A model generated the notes under the pieces. That model did not search any database. It was given only the letters and a program-made list of their open reading frames with translations, and was not told the DNA's origin. Of a DNA stretch of 64,000 nt, positions 17,130-25,942 are shown piece by piece. Every line of letters starts with the position of its first letter. Position 1 is the first letter of the stretch. The position numbers and the translations under genes are program-made. Origin of the DNA: Vulcanimicrobiota bacterium. GTDB taxonomy: Bacteria > Vulcanimicrobiota > Vulcanimicrobiia > Vulcanimicrobiales > Vulcanimicrobiaceae. The stretch spans positions 10,241 through 74,240 of the forward strand of contig CAWAXX010000007.1 of assembly GCA_963786105.1 (NCBI GenBank), in the 5' to 3' direction.

Positions 17130-19277
17130 TTCCACGACGGCATGGGCGGTGGCGGCATTGTCGATCGTTTCTTCGAGAAAGCGGGCGTTATACGCCACGA
17201 TGTCGCCGACCATGGGGAACTGCGGATGGCGCCGTATGGCGGCCAATCGATATCGCCCGCCGGCCGCTTCGAGAATGTTCCACTCGACCATATGGAATAG
17301 CGCGGCGCGAACTAAGCGCGATGAATTCGTGAGCAACTCGGGATCGACGAAGAGTTCGGTCGGCAACGCTCGCAGGCGTTCGCCGACGGCAGCGACGGCA
17401 TCTTCTTGCGCGAACTCCGACGTGCGGCCGTCTAGCCACGCGGCCAGCACCTGACTGGTCGTAACCGGCCGAATCGCGGCCAGCGCGCGCATCATGAGGG
17501 TGCGATCGTCGAGTCGCATCAGGCGAAAGAGGATCGAGAGCCGCTTGGCCACGAACGGATCGAAACTCACGCCTGCCAAATACACCGTTGCCAGCGGAGC
17601 GAGGCGATCGATCGCACCGCGCATCGGTCCGATCCTGCCGTCGACCGACCGCCCTTCGGGTGTGAGATACAACGTTGCGCCGCGGCGAACCACACTTTCC
17701 ATGCGTGCTAAGTCAGCGTCCAGCGTTGCAACCTCGCGCGAGCCTCTTGCGTTTTCGAGCGGCAGCACGCCTAACGTGAGGAAGAGCGGGCTCGCGTCGA
17801 CGCGCCGCAGCAAAAATCGCAGCCATGGCAGGCGGAGCGCGAGAAAGCCGGGTTCGTAGATGCGACGCGAACCTGCAGTAAAGACCGGGTGGCGCCAAAA
17901 GCTGCATTCGATAAAGATGGTGCTTACGATCGCCGTCGATTCGTTCTCGCGTTGATGGTTGGCGACGATCACCGTGGGGCCGCGCCGGCGCGGAACTTTC
18001 CCCCAATGCCGAACGCGATACGCGATGCGAACCCAAAGATAGCTCGTCGCGTTTGTCGCGACCCTCACCGGCCATCCCCAGAGCGACGACACCGGCGTGC
18101 GCCCGACCCGCAACACCGTGAGCGCTGCCAACGCGAAACTCAGGCCGGCAAGCGCAAAAACGGCCTGATACCCCGAACGCGTTCCGTGAAACGCTGCGAT
18201 GAGCCAACCCCCGACCAGCGGGCCGACGACGTTGGGCAAATGGGTAGCTACACCCCACAGCCCCAGATCGCGCGCCACGTCGCGCATCGCCGGGATGCTG
18301 TCCATCGCGAGCGCCCATCCGCTCGAGAACACGCCGCCGAATCCGATCCCGAATAAAAACGCGTACAAGAAGATCCACTGCGGCGCCGGCGCGACGGCGA
18401 AACCAATGGCGGCAATCGCCATCGGGACGCCGGCAAGCGCGGTAACGATCTTGCGCGGGGCGCGGTCCGAAAGAATTCCCAAATATACCGACGATGCGGT
18501 CGCGCCGATCATCGTGCAAAAGGCCGCGATCGCGGTCCCCAGCGACGGATTGGGCAGACCCTGGATGTCGCGAAAATAGTAGAGCACGAACGTTTGAAGC
18601 AAAATCAATCCGAAGAAAACCAGCACGCGCGCCACGAAGACGACGTTGAAGTCGTGCCAATCGCGAACGTGCGCGCGATCGGGCTCCTCCCACTGCGTTT
18701 CGCGAACCCAGAATAGCGATAGCGCGCATACGACGACGACGACGGCGGCAGCGGCGAACGTGTAGCTCGGGTCGGGAGCCACACCCGCGACGCTCAAGCC
18801 CAAGATCGTTCCGATCAGGCTGGCCGCGCCGCGTATCCCCGAAACGGCACCCCACTTCGCGCGGGGCACCAACTCGGGCAGCAACACTTGGTAGGCGGCC
18901 AGCGCGACATTCGAGCCGACGACTGCGAGCACCAAACAAATGGCGAAGGAAACCAGCGTGTGCGTAAAGGCGAGCGCAATCAACGCAGCGACGTCGATGC
19001 CCAACCCCACTGCAACGAATCCGCGACGACCGCCGCCGCCGCGTCGAATGTGATCGGAGAGCCACCCCGCCAGCGGCGGAACGATCATGGCCGCCAACGC
19101 GGCGACGCTGGCCAGCGCCGACAGCACGGCGACGTGTGACGACGGAGCCAGTCCCAACAGCGCCGCCGGAACGGCGATCGTCATCAAGGCCGCATCTTGA
19201 AACGTCAGCGGAATCCAAAGCGCGTTGAGGACGATCCACGAGACGATCTCGCGGAGCCGGTTGGAGCCGACGGGCAA
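17124..19277 (-). CDS. MFS transporter fused to a PlsC-like acyltransferase domain
   Basis: About 12 TM helices with GWLSDH and GILSDRAPRK MFS motifs; the C-terminal domain has VIVANHQRENE and YLTPEGR. Confidence 0.8.
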   Translation of the reverse strand: MPVGSNRLREIVSWIVLNALWIPLTFQDAALMTIAVPAALLGLAPSSHVAVLSALASVAALAAMIVPPLAGWLSDHIRRGGGGRRGFVAVGLGIDVAALIALAFTHTLVSFAICLVLAVVGSNVALAAYQVLLPELVPRAKWGAVSGIRGAASLIGTILGLSVAGVAPDPSYTFAAAAVVVVVCALSLFWVRETQWEEPDRAHVRDWHDFNVVFVARVLVFFGLILLQTFVLYYFRDIQGLPNPSLGTAIAAFCTMIGATASSVYLGILSDRAPRKIVTALAGVPMAIAAIGFAVAPAPQWIFLYAFLFGIGFGGVFSSGWALAMDSIPAMRDVARDLGLWGVATHLPNVVGPLVGGWLIAAFHGTRSGYQAVFALAGLSFALAALTVLRVGRTPVSSLWGWPVRVATNATSYLWVRIAYRVRHWGKVPRRRGPTVIVANHQRENESTAIVSTIFIECSFWRHPVFTAGSRRIYEPGFLALRLPWLRFLLRRVDASPLFLTLGVLPLENARGSREVATLDADLARMESVVRRGATLYLTPEGRSVDGRIGPMRGAIDRLAPLATVYLAGVSFDPFVAKRLSILFRLMRLDDRTLMMRALAAIRPVTTSQVLAAWLDGRTSEFAQEDAVAAVGERLRALPTELFVDPELLTNSSRLVRAALFHMVEWNILEAAGGRYRLAAIRRHPQFPMVGDIVAYNARFLEETIDNAATAHAVVEL

Positions 19278-19279
19278 CG

Positions 19280-19975
19280 CTACCGTTTAACGGCGTCGAT
19301 CAGCACGACCCCGCGCCCGCCGAAATCGCGCAGCTGCGCCAGCGCGCCGACGGCGGCTCCGATCGGCGTATCAGGGTTCGTCGCTTCGGAGATTGTGAAG
19401 CCGGTCTGCTTTTTCGCCTGGGCATCGATGGAGTCACGCAGCGATTGCGGGAGCAACCTAAACTTGCCCACGACGCCGAGCATTGGGCCGGCTTTCGCGT
19501 CGAGCGTCTGCGGATCGACGGCGAGCACCACGACGTCGTGCCGTTTTCCATTTTCGAACCGCTCGAAGACGGCGAAATCGACGCCGAGATCGCGCGTGTG
19601 CGAACGAACGGCGTCGACACCGTTACCGTGAACGACCGAAGCGTACCCTTGCGGAGGATGCGCGTTGAGGTCTTCCAACCAAGCCTCGAGTGCCGGCATG
19701 AGCGCTTGCGTGCCCGCTACGACGTCGTGGCCATCGTAGGTTCCGGCGCCTTGAGTAAGGAGCGCGCTGTCTCCGACGCCGGGGCGCGACGAAATGGTTT
19801 GCTGCCACGCGCGCGCCGAAAGCACCGACGCGCCGTCGAACATCGGAAAATCGACCGGATCGGTGGCACTTGGCGACGGTCCGCCGCTCGAACCTCCGCC
19901 GCGGTTGCCGCCGGAACACGCGCCGGCGGCCAACACGACTGCCGCCGCAATCCAACCCATAGCCCAGAGCTTCAT
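19280..19975 (-). CDS. Hypothetical lipoprotein
   Basis: ATG 19975, MKLWAMGWIAAAVVLAAGA-C lipobox; the stop is 2 nt from the MFS start. Confidence 0.7.
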   Translation of the reverse strand: MKLWAMGWIAAAVVLAAGACSGGNRGGGSSGGPSPSATDPVDFPMFDGASVLSARAWQQTISSRPGVGDSALLTQGAGTYDGHDVVAGTQALMPALEAWLEDLNAHPPQGYASVVHGNGVDAVRSHTRDLGVDFAVFERFENGKRHDVVVLAVDPQTLDAKAGPMLGVVGKFRLLPQSLRDSIDAQAKKQTGFTISEATNPDTPIGAAVGALAQLRDFGGRGVVLIDAVKR

Positions 19976-20026
19976 TACCGCGCGCTTTCGAGGAGATGCA
20001 CCGGCGCCCCCGTAAGGCTCGGTGGC

Positions 20027-20428
20027 ATGACTTCTCGCACCCTTGCCACGACACTCGCGCTGACCGCAACGGCGCTCGTGCTCCTGCCGCCGGCGGCTCG
20101 CGCCCTTCAACCCCACACGCCGGTTTTCACCGACGCGTCGCAGGCCGTCACGGTACAAGCGGGCGACGACTTCTTCATCGCGCTGGCATCCAACCCGACG
20201 ACCGGTTACACGTGGACGCAGTCAATCGTCGACGGCAAGGTGTTGGCTTACGAGGGCAACGTCTATCAGGCTCCGTCGAGCGGGCTCATAGGGGCGGGCG
20301 GCCAGCAGATCTTCATTTACCACGCCAATCGCAGCGGTTCGACGACGATCTCGTTCGCCTACGCACGTCCGTTCCAACCCAACGCACCGCCGGCGAAATC
20401 GCTGACGTTCGGCGTCACCGTTCAGTAG
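20027..20428 (+). CDS. Secreted cysteine protease inhibitor, I42 (chagasin) family
   Basis: Signal peptide and the motifs NPTTGYTW, GAGG and YARPF. Confidence 0.85.
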   Translation: MTSRTLATTLALTATALVLLPPAARALQPHTPVFTDASQAVTVQAGDDFFIALASNPTTGYTWTQSIVDGKVLAYEGNVYQAPSSGLIGAGGQQIFIYHANRSGSTTISFAYARPFQPNAPPAKSLTFGVTVQ

Positions 20429-20438
20429 GGATACGGCC

Positions 20439-21218
20439 CTGAGCGAGCGCCTCTCGTACGGATCGTACCTCAACGTCGACGGGTTGCTGGCGTTGCAGCG
20501 ACCGCTTTCTCAGCCGCAGCATCACGACGAGATGCTGTTCATCATCATTCACCAAGTGTACGAGCTTTGGTTCAAACAGCTTTTGCACGAGCTCGACGCG
20601 GCCGTGCGGGCGATGGATCGCGACGACCTCCTTCGGGTGGCCAAGTACTTTCGGCGCATTCATACGATTCAACGACTGTTGGAGCAGCAGATCGACGTGC
20701 TGGAAACGATGTCGCCGCAAGAGTTCAATCAGTTTCGCGACAATCTCAATCCGGCGAGTGGCTTTCAATCGGTGCAGTTTCGCGAGATGGAGTTCGCCTG
20801 CGGCTTGCGGCGCCCCGACGTCATGAAACACCTCGAGCTCGACGCGGCAGCGCGGGCGCGCCTGGAGCGCCGCCTGAGCGAACCCTCGCTTTACGATCAC
20901 GTTAGAGACCTGTTGCGGCGACGCGGGTTCGCGGCTGATTCTTCGGAAGACGTGCTCGAAACCTTTCGCCGCATCTACACCGATGAAAGCAAGTACTACG
21001 ACCTGCACCTCCTGCTCGAGGACTTGATCGAGTTCGACGAGCGGCTTCTGCTTTGGCGCGGACGCCACATCCGCATGGTGGAGCGCATGATCGGGCACAA
21101 GATGGGCACGGGAGGGTCGGCGGGCGTGGACTATCTCGCGCGAACGCTGGACAACCGGATCTTTCCGGAGTTGTGGAACGTTCGCACGTTCCTTGGGAAG
21201 AGCACGAGCTATGCTTGA
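20439..21218 (+). CDS. kynA: Tryptophan 2,3-dioxygenase
   Basis: YGSYL, HDEMLFIIIHQVYELWFKQ, ASGFQSVQFR and GTGGSAGVDYL. The conserved N-terminus needs a start upstream of the track's 20484; CTG at 20439 is proposed. Confidence 0.92.
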   Translation: MSERLSYGSYLNVDGLLALQRPLSQPQHHDEMLFIIIHQVYELWFKQLLHELDAAVRAMDRDDLLRVAKYFRRIHTIQRLLEQQIDVLETMSPQEFNQFRDNLNPASGFQSVQFREMEFACGLRRPDVMKHLELDAAARARLERRLSEPSLYDHVRDLLRRRGFAADSSEDVLETFRRIYTDESKYYDLHLLLEDLIEFDERLLLWRGRHIRMVERMIGHKMGTGGSAGVDYLARTLDNRIFPELWNVRTFLGKSTSYA

Positions 21219-22371
21219 AGACGTTCGTACGGTCACCGAGACCCATGCTCTGCAGCGCGACGAGTTTCCGATTCTGGCGAACTCGACGTACCTGGTGAGC
21301 CATTCGATGGGCGCGGCGCCGCTGGCCGCAAAATCCGCTCTGGCGCGCTACTGGGAGCAGTGGGCGGCCGAAGGACCCGAAGCGTGGGAAACTTGGCTGC
21401 CGCAAATCGGCGAGATCGCCGACGGCATCGGCCAAATCGTCGGCGCCCCGTCGGGCAGCGTCTTTCTGGGCCCGAACGTTTCGGTTTTGCAGGCCGCGCT
21501 CGCGACGTGCATCGACTTTAAGGGCGAGCGCAACGAGGTCGTGCACGAGTCACTGCAGTTTCCCTCGCTCACCTACGTGTGGCGCGAATGGGAGCGCTAC
21601 GGTGCCGCCGTGCGCGTCGTCTCCTCCGACGACGGCCGCGCGATCCCGACCGAGCGCATCGTCGAATCGATCACCGAAAAGACGGCCATCGCCGTGTTGT
21701 CCCACGCGTACTACGTGTCGGGTGCCGTCGCCGACGTTCGCACGATTCAGGCGCACTGTCGACAAGTCGGCGCGCTCTTGTGCGTCGACGCGTATCAGAC
21801 CACCGGAGTCTATCCGTACGACGTCACCGAGTGGGACCTCGACCTCGTGACCGGCGGATCGCACAAGTGGCTCTGCGGGGGACCCGGCTGCGGTTGGATG
21901 TACGTCAAGCCGTCGCTGCTGCAACGGTTTCGCCCGGCGGTGACCGGTTGGATGGCGCACGCAAGGCCGTTTTCGTTCGAGGCCGCTCCCATCGAGCTGG
22001 CGGCGTCGATGTACCGTTGGGGCAACGGCACGCCGACGATCCCAGGATACGCCGTTGCCAAACCGGGACACGATCTGATTCGTGCGGTCGGCGTTGCGCG
22101 CATCCGCGAACACAACGTGCGTCTGACGTCGAGAATCGCCGCGATGGCGCTCGAGCGCGGTTTACGCGTCAACACGCCGCTGGAGCCCCAACGGCGAACC
22201 GGTTGGATCGGCATCGATTTCGACGGCGCCGACCGCATCTGGCGCGAGCTCATCGCGCGGCGCGTTTTTCTCGACTATCGCCCAGGTTGCGGAATTCGCG
22301 TTAGTCCGCACTTTTATACGACCGACGACGAGATCGACGCGTTCTTCACGGCGCTAGACCGCTTGCGCTGA
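21211..22371 (+). CDS. kynU: Kynureninase-like class V PLP enzyme
   Basis: YLVSHSMG, LQFPS, DAYQ, GGSHKWLCGGPG, GWMAH and IRVSPHFY; overlaps kynA. Confidence 0.8.
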   Translation: MLEDVRTVTETHALQRDEFPILANSTYLVSHSMGAAPLAAKSALARYWEQWAAEGPEAWETWLPQIGEIADGIGQIVGAPSGSVFLGPNVSVLQAALATCIDFKGERNEVVHESLQFPSLTYVWREWERYGAAVRVVSSDDGRAIPTERIVESITEKTAIAVLSHAYYVSGAVADVRTIQAHCRQVGALLCVDAYQTTGVYPYDVTEWDLDLVTGGSHKWLCGGPGCGWMYVKPSLLQRFRPAVTGWMAHARPFSFEAAPIELAASMYRWGNGTPTIPGYAVAKPGHDLIRAVGVARIREHNVRLTSRIAAMALERGLRVNTPLEPQRRTGWIGIDFDGADRIWRELIARRVFLDYRPGCGIRVSPHFYTTDDEIDAFFTALDRLR

Positions 22372-22404
22372 AACCGCGCTCTCGGCGGCCGGGTCAAGAC
22401 GTAA

Positions 22405-23742
22405 GTGATCGTCGATCATCGCAACGTAGGCGCCGCTTTCCGGCGCCTTTCGCTTCCGGTTGCCGCGCAGTTGCTCGGCGATCAGATCCTTGGCGTGGTC
22501 GACACCATTGCAATCGGCAGTCTCGGCGCGGTAGCACTCGCCGGTGCCACCGCCGCGAGCGCCATCCTCACCGCGGTGCTCTTTGCGATCTTCGGACTGC
22601 TGACCGGAACGTCGATTATCGCCGCCCAACGCATCGGCGCTCACGATGTCGACGGCTTTGCGAGCACCGTGCGCGCGGGCGCCATCGTGCCGTTCGCCGT
22701 GGGGGTCGCCGCATTCGCGATCGGGATCTATGCGAGCGGCCCCGCCGTCCACGCGCTGGTCGGCAACCTCTCTAGCGCCGACGCGAGCTCTCGGTACCTC
22801 ACCCTACGTTTAGCCTCCGCATTGCCGATCGTGATTTCGGGCACGCTGATTGTCGGGCTAGGTGCCGCTGGAAATCGGATCGTTGGAGTGCTCGTACTAG
22901 TGGCGATCAATTTGGTGCACATTCCGCTGCTGCTGATGCTGGGGCTGGGCTGGTGGACGCACCACCCGCTCGGCATCGCCGGCGCCGGTCTCTCTTCGCT
23001 GCTTTCCGAAACGTTCGGGGCGATATGCGCCGTCGCGTACGTGAGCTTCAAACCCGCCTACCGCATCTTCTCCAGTTGGAAGATTTCGTGGTCGACGGCG
23101 CGCGAATGTACGCTGCTGGGTTTACCGGAGGCCGTCTTTCTCACGGGCGTCATGCTCCCCGACATCGTTATCGTGGGAATGCTCGCGCCGCTCGGAGCGA
23201 TGGTCGTCGCGGCTTTCCGTGCGCTCAACGTCGTGTCAGACTTGACCTTCGTAGTCCCCAGCCCGTTGCAAAGCGCGGCACAAACCATTATCGGGCAACG
23301 CCTCGGAGCCCGCGACATCGAAGGCGCCCGCTGGTTCTTGGGTCGCGCGCAACGTATCGCGACCTTCATCGGGCTGGGGGCGGGCGCCCTCGCGGCCGCC
23401 TTGGCGTGGCCGCTCGCCTACGTCTTCACGTTGAACTCCACGGTTGCCGGCATGGCCGCGATGCCGCTCGCACTGCACATGGTAACGTTACCCATCAAAG
23501 GCTGGGCGATGGTCTCGCTCGCACCGATTCGTGCCTCGGGCGACACGCGTTTTTCGATGATCGTGGGTCTAATCTGTAGCGCGCTAGTGATTCCGTTCGC
23601 GTGGCTCGGTATCGAAAAACTGCACATCGGGCTCTACAGCGTCCCACTCGGGTGGGTTGCCGCCTGGAGTGCGCGCGCATTGCTTACGCAATGGAAGCTG
23701 CGCGATGGCGCGTGGACGCGACGCGCAATTCTCGCCGCCTAG
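22405..23742 (+). CDS. MATE family efflux transporter
   Basis: LSLPV...VDTIAIGSLGAVALAG, AQRIGA, GQRLGA, RASGDTRFSM; about 12 TM helices. Confidence 0.88.
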   Translation: MIVDHRNVGAAFRRLSLPVAAQLLGDQILGVVDTIAIGSLGAVALAGATAASAILTAVLFAIFGLLTGTSIIAAQRIGAHDVDGFASTVRAGAIVPFAVGVAAFAIGIYASGPAVHALVGNLSSADASSRYLTLRLASALPIVISGTLIVGLGAAGNRIVGVLVLVAINLVHIPLLLMLGLGWWTHHPLGIAGAGLSSLLSETFGAICAVAYVSFKPAYRIFSSWKISWSTARECTLLGLPEAVFLTGVMLPDIVIVGMLAPLGAMVVAAFRALNVVSDLTFVVPSPLQSAAQTIIGQRLGARDIEGARWFLGRAQRIATFIGLGAGALAAALAWPLAYVFTLNSTVAGMAAMPLALHMVTLPIKGWAMVSLAPIRASGDTRFSMIVGLICSALVIPFAWLGIEKLHIGLYSVPLGWVAAWSARALLTQWKLRDGAWTRRAILAA

Positions 23743-23752
23743 CGCATTGCCA

Positions 23753-23792
23753 TCCTTCGACGGCGGCGCTGCGCGCCTCCGCTCAGGATGAC
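23753..23792. repeat. REP-like short dispersed repeat, copy 2
   Basis: tccttcgacggcggcgctgcgcgcctccgctcaggatgac is 38/40 identical to 7353-7392. Confidence 0.85.
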
Positions 23793-24559
23793 ACGGCGAG
23801 TACGCCGACGAGTTCGTCGTGGATGCGCGCGTTGGTTGCGAGTATCGAGCGGGCATCGAGCGCGGCCGGCGATCCGTCGATGCGCGCGACCTTGCCGCCG
23901 GCTTCGCGCACGAGTAGCGTTCCCGCCGCCACGTCCCACGGGTTCAAATCGAACTCCCAAAAACCGTCGAATCGGCCGCACGCGAGGTAGGCGAGATCGA
24001 GCGCTGCCGAGCCGTCGCGGCGAACCGCCTGCGCGCGGTTCGAGACGGCGCGAAAGCAGATCGCGTTCCTTTCGAAGTCGGCTGGGTGGAAGCCGGTACA
24101 GGTCATCGCGTCGGCGAGGCGGTCGATCGTCGATACGTTGATCGCGCGATCGTTGAGATACGCACCGGCCCCACGTTGCACCGTAAAACGCTCAGCCATG
24201 GCGGGCGCGTAGATGACGCCGGCAATGAGTTCGCCTGCCCGCTCGTACGCAATCGAGACGCAAAAGAGCGGATACCCATGCGCGAAGTTGGTCGTACCGT
24301 CGAGCGGATCGACGAGCCACCGATCGTTGCCGGTGCCCGCATGGGTGCCGCTCTCTTCGGCCAAAATCGTCGCATGAGGGAAGTCGCGCCTCAAGCGCTC
24401 GACGACGATGGCTTCGCTCGCGCGATCGGCGTCGGTTACGAGATCGGCACGCCGCGCCTTTTCGCTGATCTCGCGCGGGCGGCCGAGAAAGTGCAGCAGC
24501 GCCGCGCCTGCCTCGTTCGCGACGGCTAATGCGGTTTCGAGCGGGTCGGGATGTCGCAT
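23783..24559 (-). CDS. suhB: Inositol monophosphatase family protein
   Basis: DLVTDAD, AEES, WLVDPLDGTTNFAHG, GSAALD and WDVAAG. Confidence 0.9.
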   Translation of the reverse strand: MRHPDPLETALAVANEAGAALLHFLGRPREISEKARRADLVTDADRASEAIVVERLRRDFPHATILAEESGTHAGTGNDRWLVDPLDGTTNFAHGYPLFCVSIAYERAGELIAGVIYAPAMAERFTVQRGAGAYLNDRAINVSTIDRLADAMTCTGFHPADFERNAICFRAVSNRAQAVRRDGSAALDLAYLACGRFDGFWEFDLNPWDVAAGTLLVREAGGKVARIDGSPAALDARSILATNARIHDELVGVLAVSS

Positions 24560-24637
24560 GATCTCGCCCGGCTTTGGACACGCGGGTCCGCGGCCCCTTA
24601 GGGGGTTTTCAGCCTCGGTGCGAATGAGGTGCGAGTT

Positions 24638-25939
24638 ATGGCGTTCACGGAGGGGTTCATCTCGGAACTGGTAGGCCGGAAGGCGACCGTCAATGATCTT
24701 TCGATCGGGAAAGTCGCCGACTTCCTGGTGACCAAACCCGAAGACGCTTTCCCGCAAATCGACGGCCTAGTGGTAAAAACCGCGCGCGGCTTGCGCTTCG
24801 CCCCAATCGGCACGGTCGCCGACGTCGATCGCCAGGGGAACATCGCCCTTACGGCGGCGCCCAAGGAACCCGCGCCGAGCGACGACCAGGCGCTCTACCT
24901 CATCGCCGACCTCTTGGACAAACAGATCGTCGACGTCGACGGGCGCAAAGTCGTGCGGATCAACGACATCGAGGTCGCCAACGCCGGGGGACAGATACGC
25001 GTCGTCGCAGCCGACGTGGGGGTAGCCGGATTGCTGCGCCGCCTCGGATTGAAGTCGTTTGGCCGGCGGTTTACGCCGGGCATTTACCGCGCTGTGCCTC
25101 GTGCGATGATTGCGTGGAGTTCCGTTTCTCCAATTCGCGAAGCCAATCCGTCGCAAGTACGGCTCTCAGTCAAACAAAACAAATTGGCCCGGCTGCACCC
25201 GTCGGAGCTGGCCGAGATCATCGGCGATCTCTCCGCGCGCGAGGCCGCCGCCGTCGTCGGGCAGCTCGACGACGAAACCGCCGCCGACGCCTTCGAACAC
25301 CTCGACGCGGAAAAACAGCGCACGCTGATCGACGATATCGGCACCGAGCGCGCCGCCGACATCATCGAAGAGATGGATGCGGACGACGCGGCCGACCTGC
25401 TGGCGGAGCTTCCCGAGGAACAGCAGTCCCAGCTGCTCGCCGAAATGAACGCGTACACGGCGGGCGAGCTGCGCGAACTGGTCAAATACGACGAAGACAC
25501 GGCCGGCGGCTTGATGACCACCGACTACGTATGGATTTACCCGCATCGCACGACCGAAGCGACGATTCGCAAAATTCGCGAGATCGCGCCGGCGTCCGAG
25601 TTCATCTACTACTTGTACGTTCTCGACAAAGAGGACCACTTGCTCGGCACGTTGTCGCTACGAACCCTTTTGCTCGCGTTGCCGACGGCGTTCATCGATC
25701 GGATTATGGAAACCGACATGGTCACGGTGGCACCGGACGCACCGGCCGTCGACGTTGCGGCCACGATCGCGCGCTACGACCTGCTTGCGGTGCCGGTCGT
25801 CGACGACCGCGGCACGATGTTGGGCATCGTCACCGTCGACGACGCGATCGATGCGATCATGCCCGACGACGTCGCCAAGAAACTGCCGCGCTTTATGGCC
25901 CGGCGTCATTCTCCCGCCGCACTCACGGCCGAGGCATAA
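24638..25939 (+). CDS. PRC-barrel + MgtE N-terminal + CBS-pair protein with no membrane domain
   Basis: LLDKQIVDVDGRKVVRIND, LHPSELAEII, EEMDADDAADLL, YDEDTAGGLMTT and GIVTVDDAID; no hydrophobic C-terminus. Confidence 0.88.
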   Translation: MAFTEGFISELVGRKATVNDLSIGKVADFLVTKPEDAFPQIDGLVVKTARGLRFAPIGTVADVDRQGNIALTAAPKEPAPSDDQALYLIADLLDKQIVDVDGRKVVRINDIEVANAGGQIRVVAADVGVAGLLRRLGLKSFGRRFTPGIYRAVPRAMIAWSSVSPIREANPSQVRLSVKQNKLARLHPSELAEIIGDLSAREAAAVVGQLDDETAADAFEHLDAEKQRTLIDDIGTERAADIIEEMDADDAADLLAELPEEQQSQLLAEMNAYTAGELRELVKYDEDTAGGLMTTDYVWIYPHRTTEATIRKIREIAPASEFIYYLYVLDKEDHLLGTLSLRTLLLALPTAFIDRIMETDMVTVAPDAPAVDVAATIARYDLLAVPVVDDRGTMLGIVTVDDAIDAIMPDDVAKKLPRFMARRHSPAALTAEA

Positions 25940-25942
25940 GGC

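Noticed and set aside
24560..24637. Possible Mg-sensing (M-box) riboswitch before the MgtE-like gene
   Set aside because: The intergenic region is under 80 nt and has only a small ccccttagggg hairpin, too short for an M-box.
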